Origin: Escherichia virus TH44
Sequence record: MT446415.1
Reading direction: 5' to 3' (one strand)
DNA length: 64,000 nt
This document shows positions 30,118 through 42,970 of this stretch, piece by piece. Below the pieces are notes generated by a model that had not been told where the DNA came from, did not search any database, and saw only the letters and a program-made list of their open reading frames with translations. Made by a program: the position numbers and the translations under genes. Position 1 is the first letter of the stretch; the number at the start of each line of letters is the position of its first letter.

Positions 30118-30357
30118 ATGAAATTACAACGTGAGAGCATCAAAGATTCAGAAGTTAAAGGCAAATGGTACTTTACAATCCAGGGTAACAATCCAGAAGC
30201 TCTGGAAAAAGCTGAAGAAACTTTATGTGCGATGGGTTGGAAAGATGAGTGTGATGGTTGTCCTCTTTATGAAGATGGTAGCTCATCTGGTTTCTGGATT
30301 CACCACTCTGATGTTGACCAATTTAAAGCTGACTGGAAAGTCGCTAAGAAAGCGTGA
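30118..30357 (+). CDS. hypothetical protein (79 aa)
   Basis: ORF at end of cassette. Confidence 0.5.
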   Translation: MKLQRESIKDSEVKGKWYFTIQGNNPEALEKAEETLCAMGWKDECDGCPLYEDGSSSGFWIHHSDVDQFKADWKVAKKA

Positions 30358-30367
30358 GGAAAATATA

Positions 30368-30705
30368 ATGCTTACTGAATACACTTGCTTTGCTAAAGAT
30401 GATGTGCATCCTGAACTGATTCTTGAAGTTAAGGTTAATACGCTTGAACAAAAATTTGATTGGAGCCTTTACATCTATCCTAAAAATAATATTGATGGTC
30501 CACAGAAATATACGCTTAATGACAAGTGCATTAGTGGTATCATTGGATATGGTACAAGTGAAAGCAAGTATTCATTAGAAGATATTCGCAATTCTCGTTG
30601 TGCGGTATCATATTTTGATACAGATATAATTAAACATCTTTATAAATTGGTTCTTGATATTCGCAAAGATTTTACTGCCGTTAAAAAGGCAGTTAAGGAA
30701 TTAAA

Positions 30706-30709
<4 letters not shown>
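30368..30709 (+). CDS. hypothetical protein (113 aa)
   Basis: ATG 30368 after gaggaaaatat SD; track ORF 30131 is an upstream extension overlapping previous gene. Confidence 0.5.
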
Positions 30710-32370
<1,661 letters not shown>

Positions 32371-32371
<1 letters not shown>

Positions 32372-32568
32372 TGAATATTCGTATAGTAAACAATAGATAC
32401 GGCACCAATGAGGTGCTGTTTGAAAAAATGAATATAAGTCTCGATGAACTGCCTAAAGAGAAAACAACGATTTTTGTCCAGGGTAAAGAACTTTATGTTA
32501 TGCGTGTTATTAAATCGTATGAACATGATGATTTCAATCGGTCTATCTGGTTTATTGTCGAGGTATAA
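32371..32568 (+). CDS. hypothetical protein (65 aa)
   Basis: ORF with ATG overlapping td stop. Confidence 0.45.
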
Positions 32569-32629
32569 TGAAAATTCAAATTGCCGGTATTTTATTTCTG
32601 ACCGTAATGGTCGGGCTTAACTTCCTATT

Positions 32630-32929
32630 ATGAAAGCCTGTCGGGTTGTTAACAAATATCAATCCGACTTTGATGTGAATATTCAACGGGGTACCATGTG
32701 GGGAAACCCATATAAAGATGGTACCCGAGAAGAAAACATAAAGAACTTTAAAGAATATTTCATAGCAAAGATTAAATCGGGTGAAATCAAAAGAGAACAC
32801 CTTGAAACTCTCCGCGGAATGCGATTAGCCTGCACATGCAAACCGAAGTCATGTCATGGCGATGTTATTGCTCTGGTCGTTAACAAACTTTTCAAAGACA
32901 CCTTTTCGCTCGAGGATTTGGGTACATAA
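32630..32929 (+). CDS. DUF4326-like protein (GNP motif, C.C...CHGD)
   Basis: 99 aa; WGNPY and CTCKPKSCHGDV resemble the DUF4326 family as recalled; function unknown. Confidence 0.45.
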   Translation: MKACRVVNKYQSDFDVNIQRGTMWGNPYKDGTREENIKNFKEYFIAKIKSGEIKREHLETLRGMRLACTCKPKSCHGDVIALVVNKLFKDTFSLEDLGT

Positions 32930-32988
32930 ATACGATTCCGCTTCAGGGCACTGTGATATAATTATTTAAAATTTAATGAGAGGAAATT

Positions 32989-33234
32989 ATGAATTTACGA
33001 TTTAAACGCCAGTCAGGCGAAGTCATTTTTGAAATGCCACAATTTACCGAACAGGATTTACCTGCCCCAAATTCTTATATCACTATTGACGGAATCAAAT
33101 TTCGGGCCAAACGACATGAACGTGTCTACTGTCATGATTCAGCCGGTGATGTCCAGTCATATTTTGACATCACTGTCCAGTCAGAAGAAGAATATAATGA
33201 TGAAATGACTTCGGAACTACCAGAGACAATTTAA
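32989..33234 (+). CDS. hypothetical protein (81 aa)
   Basis: ORF after gagaggaaatt SD. Confidence 0.5.
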   Translation: MNLRFKRQSGEVIFEMPQFTEQDLPAPNSYITIDGIKFRAKRHERVYCHDSAGDVQSYFDITVQSEEEYNDEMTSELPETI

Positions 33235-33267
33235 GGTTCCCAACCCTTTTGAACTATAGAGGAAAAC

Positions 33268-35523
33268 ATGCAAGTACAAAAAAGTAGTGGTGTATCCCAA
33301 GATTTTGATGGCCAGAAAATTATTAAAGTTCTTTCTTGGTCATGTGAAGGAACCAATATCGACCCATACGAATTATACGAAACAATCAAACCACATCTGC
33401 GCGATGGTATGACTACTCGCGATATTCAGACGGTTATCATCAAAGTGTCTGCTGGGCTTATCTCGGTTGAAGAACCAGATTACCAATACGTTGCAGCGAA
33501 GGCTACGATGTTTGCTCTGCGTAAAGATGTTTATGGACAATTTGAGCCGCGTTCTTTTATTGACCAGATTTCTTATTGTGTTAATGAAGGCAAATATGAC
33601 CCGGAGCTGTTGTCAAGCTACTCCGCCGAAGAGATTACTTACCTGGAATCTCGCATCAAACACGAACGTGATTTTGACCTGACTTATGCGGGCGCGATGC
33701 AACTTAAAGAGAAATACCTGGTTAAAGATAAAACCACTGGTAAAATCTACGAGACTCCGCAATTCGCTATCATGGCTATCGGCATGGCACTGCACCAGGA
33801 TGAACCAACGGACCGTCTGAAGCACGTTTGTCGTTTTTATGATGCAGTATCCACCCGACAGGTTTCGTTGCCCACACCTATCATGGCGGGCGCCAGAACA
33901 CCTACCAGGCAGTTCAGTTCCTGTGTGGTTATCGAAGCGGCTGACTCCCTGAAGTCAATTAATAAGACTGCTAATTCAATCATCGAATATATCAGTAAGC
34001 GTGCAGGTATCGGTATCAACGTTGGCATGATTCGTGCCGAAGGTTCGAAAATCGGTATGGGCGAAGTCAAGCATACTGGTGTTATTCCGTTCTGGAAACA
34101 TTTCCAAACGGCTGTTAAATCATGTTCACAAGGTGGAATCCGTGGCGGCGCTGCTACTGCTTATTATCCTATTTGGCATTTGGAAGTTGAAAATTTACTC
34201 GTTCTGAAGAACAACAAGGGCGTTGAAGAAAACCGCATCAGACATATGGACTATGGCGTCCAGCTGAATAACCTGATGATGGAGCGACTGGCTAAGAATG
34301 ATTACATTACTCTGTTTAGTCCGCACGAAGCTGGCGGTGAATTGTATTATTCATATTTTGATAACCCGGATAAATTCCGCGAGTTATATGAAGCTTTAGA
34401 AAAAGACCCGACGGTTCGTAAGAAGCGCATCAAAGCAAAAGATGTATTCGAATTATTCATGACCGAACGTTCCGGGACAGCTAGGGTTTATCCACAGTTC
34501 GTTGATAACGTGAATGACTACACTCCGTTCATCCGTGATAAGGCTCCGATTCGTCAATCAAACCTTTGCTGCGAAATTGCAATCCCGACTACTGATGTGA
34601 ACAGCGAAGATGCTGAAATCGGATTGTGCACATTGTCTGCATTTGTTCTGGATAGTTTTGACTGGCAGGACCAAGATAAAATTAACGAGCTGGCCGAAGT
34701 ACAAGTTCGTGCTCTTGATAATCTGTTGGACTACCAGGGTTATCCGGTTAAAGAAGCTCTGAAAGCCAAAAAACGGCGCAACCTGGGTGTTGGGGTTACT
34801 AACTATGCTGCATGGTTGGCAAGCAATTTCGCTTCCTACGCTGATGCAAACGATTTAACGCATGAACTGTTTGAGAGATTACAATATGGCCTTATCCGTG
34901 CATCAATCAAGCTCGCCAAAGAAAAAGGACCTTGCGAATATTATTCAGACACTCGTTGGGCTCGAGGCGAACTACCTATCGACTGGTACAATAAAAAGAT
35001 TGACCAAATCGCAGCTCCAAACTACGTTTGTGACTGGGCGCAGTTGCGGGAAGACCTGGTTGAATATGGCATCCGTAATAGCACATTATCAGCACTTATG
35101 CCTTGTGAGTCATCTTCCCAAGTTTCTAACAGTACAAACGGTATCGAACCTCCGCGTGGACCAGTCTCTATTAAAGAGTCAAAAGAGGGTTCCTTTAATC
35201 AAGTCGTGCCCAATATTGAGCACAATAAAGGATTGTACGATTACGCATGGGTGCTAGCTAAGCAAGGTAACAAACCTTATCTGACACAAGTCGCGATTAT
35301 GTTGAAATGGATTTGTCAGTCAGCATCAGCCAATACATATTATGACCCGCAGAATTATCCGAAAGGAAAAGTTCCGATGTCAGTTATGCTTGACGACCTG
35401 ATGTACTTCTGGTATTTTGGTGGAAAAAACCTTTATTATCATAACACTAGAGATGGTTCCGGAATAGACGATTACGAAATCGAAGCTCCTAAAGCAGAAG
35501 ACTGCTCCGCCTGTAAACTTTGA
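33268..35523 (+). CDS. nrdA: ribonucleotide reductase large subunit (class Ia)
   Basis: 751 aa; ATP-cone N-terminus; C-terminal CSACKL-type tail; synteny. Confidence 0.95.
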   Translation: MQVQKSSGVSQDFDGQKIIKVLSWSCEGTNIDPYELYETIKPHLRDGMTTRDIQTVIIKVSAGLISVEEPDYQYVAAKATMFALRKDVYGQFEPRSFIDQISYCVNEGKYDPELLSSYSAEEITYLESRIKHERDFDLTYAGAMQLKEKYLVKDKTTGKIYETPQFAIMAIGMALHQDEPTDRLKHVCRFYDAVSTRQVSLPTPIMAGARTPTRQFSSCVVIEAADSLKSINKTANSIIEYISKRAGIGINVGMIRAEGSKIGMGEVKHTGVIPFWKHFQTAVKSCSQGGIRGGAATAYYPIWHLEVENLLVLKNNKGVEENRIRHMDYGVQLNNLMMERLAKNDYITLFSPHEAGGELYYSYFDNPDKFRELYEALEKDPTVRKKRIKAKDVFELFMTERSGTARVYPQFVDNVNDYTPFIRDKAPIRQSNLCCEIAIPTTDVNSEDAEIGLCTLSAFVLDSFDWQDQDKINELAEVQVRALDNLLDYQGYPVKEALKAKKRRNLGVGVTNYAAWLASNFASYADANDLTHELFERLQYGLIRASIKLAKEKGPCEYYSDTRWARGELPIDWYNKKIDQIAAPNYVCDWAQLREDLVEYGIRNSTLSALMPCESSSQVSNSTNGIEPPRGPVSIKESKEGSFNQVVPNIEHNKGLYDYAWVLAKQGNKPYLTQVAIMLKWICQSASANTYYDPQNYPKGKVPMSVMLDDLMYFWYFGGKNLYYHNTRDGSGIDDYEIEAPKAEDCSACKL

Positions 35524-35561
35524 TATAATTATGCTCATGGATGAGCTATTGAGGAAATAAA

Positions 35562-36740
35562 ATGAGTACAGTTTTTAATACCACTCCGGTGGATGTTTTA
35601 GCCGAGCCGATGTTTTTTGGTTCAGGATTGGGCATCGCACGTTATGATATCCAGCGTCATAAAGTTTTCGAAGAATTAACAGAAAAGCAATTATCATTCT
35701 TCTGGCGACCAGAGGAAGTCAACCTGATGATGGATGGGGCCCAATTTAATAAGCTTCCTGAACATCAACAAAATATTTTTACCAACAACCTGAAATACCA
35801 ATCACTCCTGGACAGTATCCAGGGTCGTGCTCCAGCTGCAGCATTAGCCGCATTAGTTTCTGACCCAAGTCTTGATACATGGATTCAGACCTGGACATTC
35901 AGCGAGACAATTCACTCTCGTTCTTATACGCACATCATGCGAAATCTCTATACGGACCCGGCGAAGGTATTCGACGAAATCCTGTTGGATGATGCAATCA
36001 TGAAGCGAGCTGAATCCATCGGTCATTACTATGATGATGTTCTGAATAAAACTCGTCAATGGCAAAACCAGATTGCTTTTGTTGAACTGGCCAAAGAAAC
36101 TCCCGAAGCAGACGAACGTTTGGAACGAGCTATCAAACAAGAAGCTATCGCCAAACGAGCATTGATGAAGTCTCTTTATCTCTGCCTGCATGTTATCAAC
36201 GCCCTGGAAGCTATTCGTTTTTATGTATCTTTTGCATGTACTTTCAACTTCCATAAGAATATGGAAATCATGGAAGGCAATGCGAAGATAATGAAGTTCA
36301 TCGCCCGTGATGAACAACTTCACCTTAAGGGGACCCAATATATTCTTCGTCAGTTGCAGACTGGTACCGACGGTGACGAATGGGTTAAAATTGCTCAAGA
36401 ATGTGAAGCAGAAGCTGCAGCCATTTTCATGGAAGTTAATCGCCAGGAAAAAGAATGGGCCGTGCATCTGTTTAAAGACGGTGGACTCCCTGGGTTGAGC
36501 GTCGAGATTCTTAACCGCTTCATCGATTACCTGACAGTTTCTCGTATGAAGCAATGCGGTCTCCCCTGTGAAATCGTGTTAGAATCTACTAAGCACCCGA
36601 TTCCATGGATTCGTGAATATCTCAACTCTGATAATGTGCAATCTGCCCCACAAGAAGTTGAGTTGTCTGCTTACCTGGTAGCCCAGATTGACAATGACGT
36701 CGATGAGAATGTTCTTGCTGGTTTCCGTAAATATCTATAA
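35562..36740 (+). CDS. nrdB: ribonucleotide reductase small subunit, uninterrupted
   Basis: 392 aa contiguous; diiron/tyrosyl-radical protein length; no intron. Confidence 0.95.
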   Translation: MSTVFNTTPVDVLAEPMFFGSGLGIARYDIQRHKVFEELTEKQLSFFWRPEEVNLMMDGAQFNKLPEHQQNIFTNNLKYQSLLDSIQGRAPAAALAALVSDPSLDTWIQTWTFSETIHSRSYTHIMRNLYTDPAKVFDEILLDDAIMKRAESIGHYYDDVLNKTRQWQNQIAFVELAKETPEADERLERAIKQEAIAKRALMKSLYLCLHVINALEAIRFYVSFACTFNFHKNMEIMEGNAKIMKFIARDEQLHLKGTQYILRQLQTGTDGDEWVKIAQECEAEAAAIFMEVNRQEKEWAVHLFKDGGLPGLSVEILNRFIDYLTVSRMKQCGLPCEIVLESTKHPIPWIREYLNSDNVQSAPQEVELSAYLVAQIDNDVDENVLAGFRKYL

Positions 36741-36743
36741 GGA

Positions 36744-36763
36744 AAGGGCTTCGGCCCTTTTTG
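36744..36763 (+). terminator. hairpin aagggcttcggccctt + T-run
   Basis: GC hairpin then ttttt directly before denA ATG. Confidence 0.5.
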
Positions 36764-36766
36764 CCC

Positions 36767-37177
36767 ATGAAACAAATCGCTGATGAATACAGTTTTATAA
36801 AATACGCGGAGTTGGAGTTAGTCGATGGTAAAATCCCTATCCTTACTCTCGCAAACAAGAAAAATGTTATCTATGCTATTTCAGTTGATGATGAACTAGT
36901 GTATATTGGTAAGACGAACAACCTTAAGAAGCGTATCAACTATTACCGGACTGCAATTAACCGAATCGAACAGACGAGTGATTCAAACAAATCCCGGATG
37001 ATACATGAAGCTTTACAAGAAGGCAAAAAGGTGGTATTCTATGCACGGCAATGTTTCAATCTGTCAATGACCAATGAACTTGGCACAATGTCAGTCGAAA
37101 CGATGTCTCTGGAAGAGCCGATGTTCATCAAGCTTTTTAATCCCCCGTGGAATTACCAACATAAGGTGAAGAAATGA
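36767..37177 (+). CDS. denA: endonuclease II (GIY-YIG family)
   Basis: strong similarity to T4 EndoII (EYSFIKY.ELEL, NVIYAI..DDELVYIGKT.NL.KRINYYRTAINR, FYARQCFNLSMTNELGTM). Confidence 0.85.
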   Translation: MKQIADEYSFIKYAELELVDGKIPILTLANKKNVIYAISVDDELVYIGKTNNLKKRINYYRTAINRIEQTSDSNKSRMIHEALQEGKKVVFYARQCFNLSMTNELGTMSVETMSLEEPMFIKLFNPPWNYQHKVKK

Positions 37178-38310
37178 TTGAATTATATGATAACTTAATG
37201 AAGCTTTGCGCCGAATCCGATAAAGGTAAGTTTTTCTATACGGATTTTGTTTCTCCATTTGAAACTAAGTTCCGCATCTTTAGCTATAACTATGCTTCCT
37301 ATAGTGATTGGCTTCTTGATGATGCGCTGGAGTGTCGTGGTATTATGTTTGAAATGGATGCTAATGGCCCAGTTCGCATTGCCGCCCGTCCTATGGAAAA
37401 ATTCTTTAATCTGGGTGAGAATCCAATGACCATGGACCTTAACCTTGATGAGGTTGTCCTGGTTACTGCAAAAGCTGATGGTAGTTTGGTTTCTACTTAT
37501 ATGGACCAGACTAATATCGCCTTTAAATCCAAAGGGTCAATCAAAAGCTCCCAGGCTGCTGAATCCTTGCAGGTGTTTAAACAAGAGCATCGCAGTGCAT
37601 TCAGGGCTCGCGTAACTGAAATCACTGAAGCTGGTTATACATGCAATATGGAATATGTTGCACCAACCAACCGCATTGTTTTGCCTTACCAGGAACGTGA
37701 CCTGATTTTACTGAACGTTCGTCATAATGAAACGGGCGAATATATTCCTTATCAGGAACTGTTCAAAGATGCTGCACTCCGTCCTTTCCTGGTTGAAGCA
37801 TATGACCCGGCGAGCATTGAGAATGTTCGTGGTATGAAAGAGATTGAAGGCTTCGTCTACGAGTTGGCAAGTGGTCAGAAGTTCAAGATGAAAACAGAAT
37901 GGTATTGTGCTCTGCATCATACTAAAGACTCCATTAATAATAATGAGCGACTGTTTGAAGTTGTTGTTGCTGGCGGGGCAGATGATGTTATTGCCATGTT
38001 TACTGGCGATAATTATGCTCGCGAAAAAGTTAATGCCTTTACTGTAACGCATCTGGATTATCTGTCCAATACGCTGGGATTGTTGCTTGATGCTCAGAAA
38101 CAATTGGCAGGAAAAGACCGTCGCGAGTTTGCGATTAAAGGTCAAGAGTTGTGCAAACCATACCCGGGATTGTTCTCCGTATTAATGAACACCTATCAAC
38201 GCCCACAGGAAACTGAACAAACGATTGCTCAAATCAATAAAGTTTTCCTTAAAAATCATAAACTTTACATTCCGTCGGACTACCAAGCGGAAGTAATCCT
38301 TCCTGAATAA
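37174..38310 (+). CDS. rnlA: RNA ligase 1 (tail fiber attachment catalyst)
   Basis: 378 aa; similarity to T4 gp63 (FRIFSYNYASYSDWLL.DALECRGIMFEMD, KEDGSLVSTY). Confidence 0.9.
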   Translation: MIELYDNLMKLCAESDKGKFFYTDFVSPFETKFRIFSYNYASYSDWLLDDALECRGIMFEMDANGPVRIAARPMEKFFNLGENPMTMDLNLDEVVLVTAKADGSLVSTYMDQTNIAFKSKGSIKSSQAAESLQVFKQEHRSAFRARVTEITEAGYTCNMEYVAPTNRIVLPYQERDLILLNVRHNETGEYIPYQELFKDAALRPFLVEAYDPASIENVRGMKEIEGFVYELASGQKFKMKTEWYCALHHTKDSINNNERLFEVVVAGGADDVIAMFTGDNYAREKVNAFTVTHLDYLSNTLGLLLDAQKQLAGKDRREFAIKGQELCKPYPGLFSVLMNTYQRPQETEQTIAQINKVFLKNHKLYIPSDYQAEVILPE

Positions 38311-38315
38311 TAAAA

Positions 38316-38381
38316 AAGGGGTGTACAAGCCCCTTCTTTCTATACATAATGGTTCCATCAACTACTGATGAGGACCAAAAC
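38316..38381 (+). promoter_or_regulatory. terminator-promoter composite (PeSL-like, type B)
   Basis: hairpin aagggg-tgtacaag-cccctt holds the -35 in its loop; CATAAT 38345-38350; ggttccatcaactactgatgagg. Confidence 0.5.
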
Positions 38382-38615
38382 ATGTTAAACTTAATTACAA
38401 ATGACAGAGTTACACAGGCATATGGTGACAGAAATGATGGAATCTATGTCTACAAGGGAGACCACCGGATTGGTTTCATTACTGACCTGAAGGCCAAATT
38501 GTTAAAAGAACTGAAAGCTCAAACAGGTGATTCTGGGTTTAGAGCAAGAGCCAAAAAGAAAGATGAGCGCCTAGGTGCCAACTCTTTTGGTCCCCGGGGT
38601 TACAACCGCTACTAA
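38382..38615 (+). CDS. Alc N-terminal-domain paralog (77 aa)
   Basis: NLITNDRVTQAYGDRNDGIYVYKGDHRIGFITDLKAKL aligns with Alc residues 3-40. Confidence 0.5.
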   Translation: MLNLITNDRVTQAYGDRNDGIYVYKGDHRIGFITDLKAKLLKELKAQTGDSGFRARAKKKDERLGANSFGPRGYNRY

Positions 38616-38628
38616 TGAGGAAAATATT

Positions 38629-39132
38629 ATGGATATGCAACTGATTTCAAATGAAATGATTGTCAATGAATATGGTGACCGTCATGACGGAATTTATGTC
38701 TATAAAGGGACCAAGAAAATTGGTCTCATGACTGACCTGCGGAAAAAACTCGCCTCCAATAAAAAGTTGAAAGCGAAACAAAAAGAATATCGTGATAAAA
38801 AATCAGAAGAGCGGAAAGAAGCACTGCATGAATCTGTTCCTGAAATGGTTGACTTCTTAAAGAACCATTTGGTTAAATATGATGCAGAAGTGTTCATCAA
38901 TCAGACCCAACCTAATGTGCATATCAATGGATGTGTTTGTTATGTTGTGGTTGAACCCCTGACACTTCAACACCGCCTGGGAATTAAACACCCAGTGTTA
39001 ACCCAGGATGATATGGCGGATGAAGTTGGTAATCAGTTCCGCATTTCAGCATCTGACAGTACAAATCACATCCTCCTGAATGGTTTATCCCAGGATGATA
39101 TTGTTGAGGTAATCATCAAGTTATGCAAATAA
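38629..39132 (+). CDS. alc: Alc (transcription terminator on unmodified C-DNA / host nucleoid unfolding)
   Basis: 167 aa from MDMQLISNEM, same length as T4 Alc; synteny rnlA-alc-spanins-pseT. Confidence 0.8.
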   Translation: MDMQLISNEMIVNEYGDRHDGIYVYKGTKKIGLMTDLRKKLASNKKLKAKQKEYRDKKSEERKEALHESVPEMVDFLKNHLVKYDAEVFINQTQPNVHINGCVCYVVVEPLTLQHRLGIKHPVLTQDDMADEVGNQFRISASDSTNHILLNGLSQDDIVEVIIKLCK

Positions 39133-39476
39133 GTAATCTCACCGCAGGGCTTATGCTCGCCCTGGTAGTAACTGCTGGTAGTGGTTTCTATCTAAAAGCA
39201 AAAGTGGATAATCTCAAGACAGCGGTGGCGGAAGTCACCAAAGTCGCAGAAGATAATGCGAAAAATCTGCAATCAGTAAAAGACCAGGTTAATCAAATTA
39301 ATCTCCTTGACCAACAGCGCCAGGAATATGTTGAACACCTGCAGAAGGAAAATGATAAACTTCGTGCAGATGCAAAACGTACTAAGGTTGTGGCAGCGAA
39401 GCCTAAATTAGTTGAAAAACAGATTAATCAGTCTTTTGATAAGTTCGCCCAGGACTTCCAGGAGCTCACCAAATGA
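39123..39476 (+). CDS. i-spanin (inner membrane spanin subunit)
   Basis: N-terminal TM then coiled-coil; precedes a lipoprotein ORF with 4-nt overlap. Confidence 0.7.
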   Translation: MQISNLTAGLMLALVVTAGSGFYLKAKVDNLKTAVAEVTKVAEDNAKNLQSVKDQVNQINLLDQQRQEYVEHLQKENDKLRADAKRTKVVAAKPKLVEKQINQSFDKFAQDFQELTK

Positions 39477-39763
39477 TGAAATCTATCATGGCAGTATGTT
39501 TGGCTATTGGACTCGTTTCATGCGCCCAGAAGCCCGTTGTGGAGCCCACAATCCAAGTTCATCCTAATTGGCCTGTTGCATTGGCTGATTACAAACAGCA
39601 ATGGGAAGTGAAGGTAATTGAGGGCCAAGCCTGGGTTGGCATGCCTTTTGAAGCATCGCAAGAATTCAGGATTTGGATGAATGATGTAAAAAGGTATGTA
39701 CATGACCAAAAAGGTATGTTATGTTATTATCGTTCTGAACTAAAAGAGGAACGTTGCAAATGA
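39473..39763 (+). CDS. o-spanin (outer membrane lipoprotein spanin subunit)
   Basis: signal peptide with lipobox LVSC; several Cys. Confidence 0.7.
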   Translation: MMKSIMAVCLAIGLVSCAQKPVVEPTIQVHPNWPVALADYKQQWEVKVIEGQAWVGMPFEASQEFRIWMNDVKRYVHDQKGMLCYYRSELKEERCK

Positions 39764-39860
39764 TAGAGACCTGTAGCCTTGGTTGGGATATTGTTAGATT
39801 TGGTGCATTCTGTTTTTGTTTTGGAATTACGGCCACTTTATGTGTTCAAGGTCTTTTTGG

Positions 39861-39929
39861 AAAGTAGTGTACAAACTTATGGGAGCAGAGTATAATGCTC
39901 CACGGATTATAAAATTTGAGGAATTGAAT
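39861..39929 (+). promoter_or_regulatory. early promoter cassette (PeSL-like), type C
   Basis: agtagTGTACAaacttatGGGAGCAgagTATAATgCTCCacgg. Confidence 0.55.
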
Positions 39930-40387
39930 ATGAAAATATTATGGTATGTTGAGAACGCTAATAATATCATGAAGTGTAAAGACGAATTCTTCCAAAAGCT
40001 GGCCCGAATTGGCTCTTGCCGCAAAACACCTTTGGAAGGTAAAGCTCGATTCTTTATTAAAGAATGTAAAGGTGGAGCTATTACAGAAGTCGAATATTAT
40101 GCTCCATGGAATGATTTCCCAAGCCGAGTGTTAGAATTATCCGAGCCTATTCCTTCTGATGTATGGAATTCAATCTTAGATGTTACGGCGTGCTATGAAG
40201 AAAACCAATCACTTCATGAAGAAAAAGAACGTATTCGTGAGCTAGTAAAAAGTTTTGAATACGCGGCTAAACGCCATGGTCAAATGCAATCTGCCGCTGC
40301 ACTTGGTGATGTTTCTGAAAGTGCAGCTTATGAAACTGGTAAAATCCTTAAAACCTGTCGCGAAGAACTTTATAAGGAGCTTGGTGT

Positions 40388-40391
<4 letters not shown>
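39930..40391 (+). CDS. hypothetical protein (153 aa)
   Basis: ATG 39930 after gaggaattgaat SD; track ORF 39816 includes the promoter. Confidence 0.5.
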
Positions 40392-41609
<1,218 letters not shown>

Positions 41610-41610
<1 letters not shown>

Positions 41611-41807
41611 TGAATAATATCGAAAAGATTTTTCGTACAATCGAAGAAATTGAAAAACGTTACGAATACTTTTTCAGCGTATGGCCTTTAACCGATGGAC
41701 GTATTGGCCTGGATGTGATGGACTATAAAGATGAAGACAAGGTCGATGGTGGTATTTTTAAATCCGCTCCTGAACTCCTTGCCTTCTTGGAAGAACATTA
41801 TGTATAA
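41610..41807 (+). CDS. hypothetical protein (65 aa)
   Basis: TAATG overlap with pseT. Confidence 0.45.
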
Positions 41808-42015
41808 CAAACACCATGAAGTTGAAGAAGAAGCTTATAAAGAGCTTCAGAAACTGGTAGGGCAGAATATGTCTCCTGCTCTTATCAACAGCCTGGCTGC
41901 ACTGCGCAATGATATCAACGAACGATACAAGGGCGAATATTATGTTGAATTCGTTCCGCTGACTGAAGTCATTGACCGATTTATCGTTAATGTCAAGGTA
42001 CATACCGTCCATTAA
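41800..42015 (+). CDS. hypothetical protein (71 aa)
   Basis: ATG 41800 overlapping previous stop. Confidence 0.45.
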   Translation: MYNKHHEVEEEAYKELQKLVGQNMSPALINSLAALRNDINERYKGEYYVEFVPLTEVIDRFIVNVKVHTVH

Positions 42016-42029
42016 CGCTTTAAAAATTT

Positions 42030-42088
42030 TATGTTATAATGGGGTCTAGGTCCTTTGGATAACTCCAATAACTAAGCGAGAAAAGAAA
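42030..42088 (+). promoter_or_regulatory. early promoter (TATAAT 42035-42040)
   Basis: atgtTATAATggggtctaggtcc; inverted repeat flanking. Confidence 0.4.
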
Positions 42089-42367
42089 ATGTTTCCTACG
42101 TATTCTGAAATTGTTAAAGTAGTTTTTAGTCAGATTGTATCTGATTATCTATACGAAAGCGTCGACACGTCGACTGAACTAAAGGTGCATGGTCGTTTGT
42201 CTGCTATTCTGGAAATCATGTTCCCGGATGCAGTTGATGCAATCACTGTTCAACTCACGCCTGGCGCAGCATTTGCAATTGTTCCGTTTAAAATTGATAA
42301 CCACATTTTGGCTATTTCATGCAAAATGGACTTCCAGAAACAAACAGTAGTTGTTGAAGCAATTTAA
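42089..42367 (+). CDS. hypothetical protein (92 aa)
   Basis: ORF after gagaaaagaaa SD. Confidence 0.5.
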   Translation: MFPTYSEIVKVVFSQIVSDYLYESVDTSTELKVHGRLSAILEIMFPDAVDAITVQLTPGAAFAIVPFKIDNHILAISCKMDFQKQTVVVEAI

Positions 42368-42427
42368 GTGTTTACTTTCACCACGGATGGTGTATAATGA
42401 ATTTCATCAACACATGAGGAAAACAAA
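42368..42427 (+). promoter_or_regulatory. early promoter (GTTTAC -35, TATAAT -10)
   Basis: gtttac 42370-42375, tataat 42393-42398. Confidence 0.5.
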
Positions 42428-42970
42428 ATGAGCAATTTCTTTGAAGAAGGTAAGTTTTACAAATTCGTATCCGAAAATGCCAAAAAACGCTTTGTCTCCG
42501 GTGGATGGGCAGCTAATTACCAAATTGCTGGATATATCGGTATGACTCCGTTTGAAGTAAAGCTTGAGCCTGATAATATTAGCGGCGGTAAAAAAGTTTG
42601 TGAGATTCGTTTGATTGATGAAAATAATTTTGTGGATTTGGCAAAAATATCTGGTGCACAAAACAGGCATCATGGAGCAATGTTTGTTTCCAATGGTCCG
42701 TTATCAGATGAATTTGAATATTTCATCCAGGTAGAAGTTGGTGTTAAGCCAGAAGTTGAGCCCCCGCCAGCGAAACTTGCATCAGATTGGAAATTGCTTG
42801 TGGTTAAAAATGGCAAGATTGAGATTAACTCTCGTCATGTGTCAAAAGAGCGAGCGGAAGGCGAAGCAGAGCGCCTGTTAAAAAGTGGTACTGCAGAAGA
42901 TTGCTATATTATCAAAGGTGATATCACAAAAGCTTCTATCGTTAAACAAATAAAACAGGAGACAATCTGA
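42428..42970 (+). CDS. hypothetical protein (180 aa), N-terminus related to ORFs 28698/29410
   Basis: EEGKFYKF...KKRFVSG resembles ETGKFYVLDPAAKKQFIAG. Confidence 0.5.
   Translation: MSNFFEEGKFYKFVSENAKKRFVSGGWAANYQIAGYIGMTPFEVKLEPDNISGGKKVCEIRLIDENNFVDLAKISGAQNRHHGAMFVSNGPLSDEFEYFIQVEVGVKPEVEPPPAKLASDWKLLVVKNGKIEINSRHVSKERAEGEAERLLKSGTAEDCYIIKGDITKASIVKQIKQETI

Noticed and set aside
35853-36554. 233-aa minus-strand ORF inside nrdB, and similar antisense ORFs at 51371-52015, 27646-28623, 60086-60484
   Set aside because: All are antisense to well-supported conserved genes (nrdB, alt, gp32, gp26) and lack SD sequences
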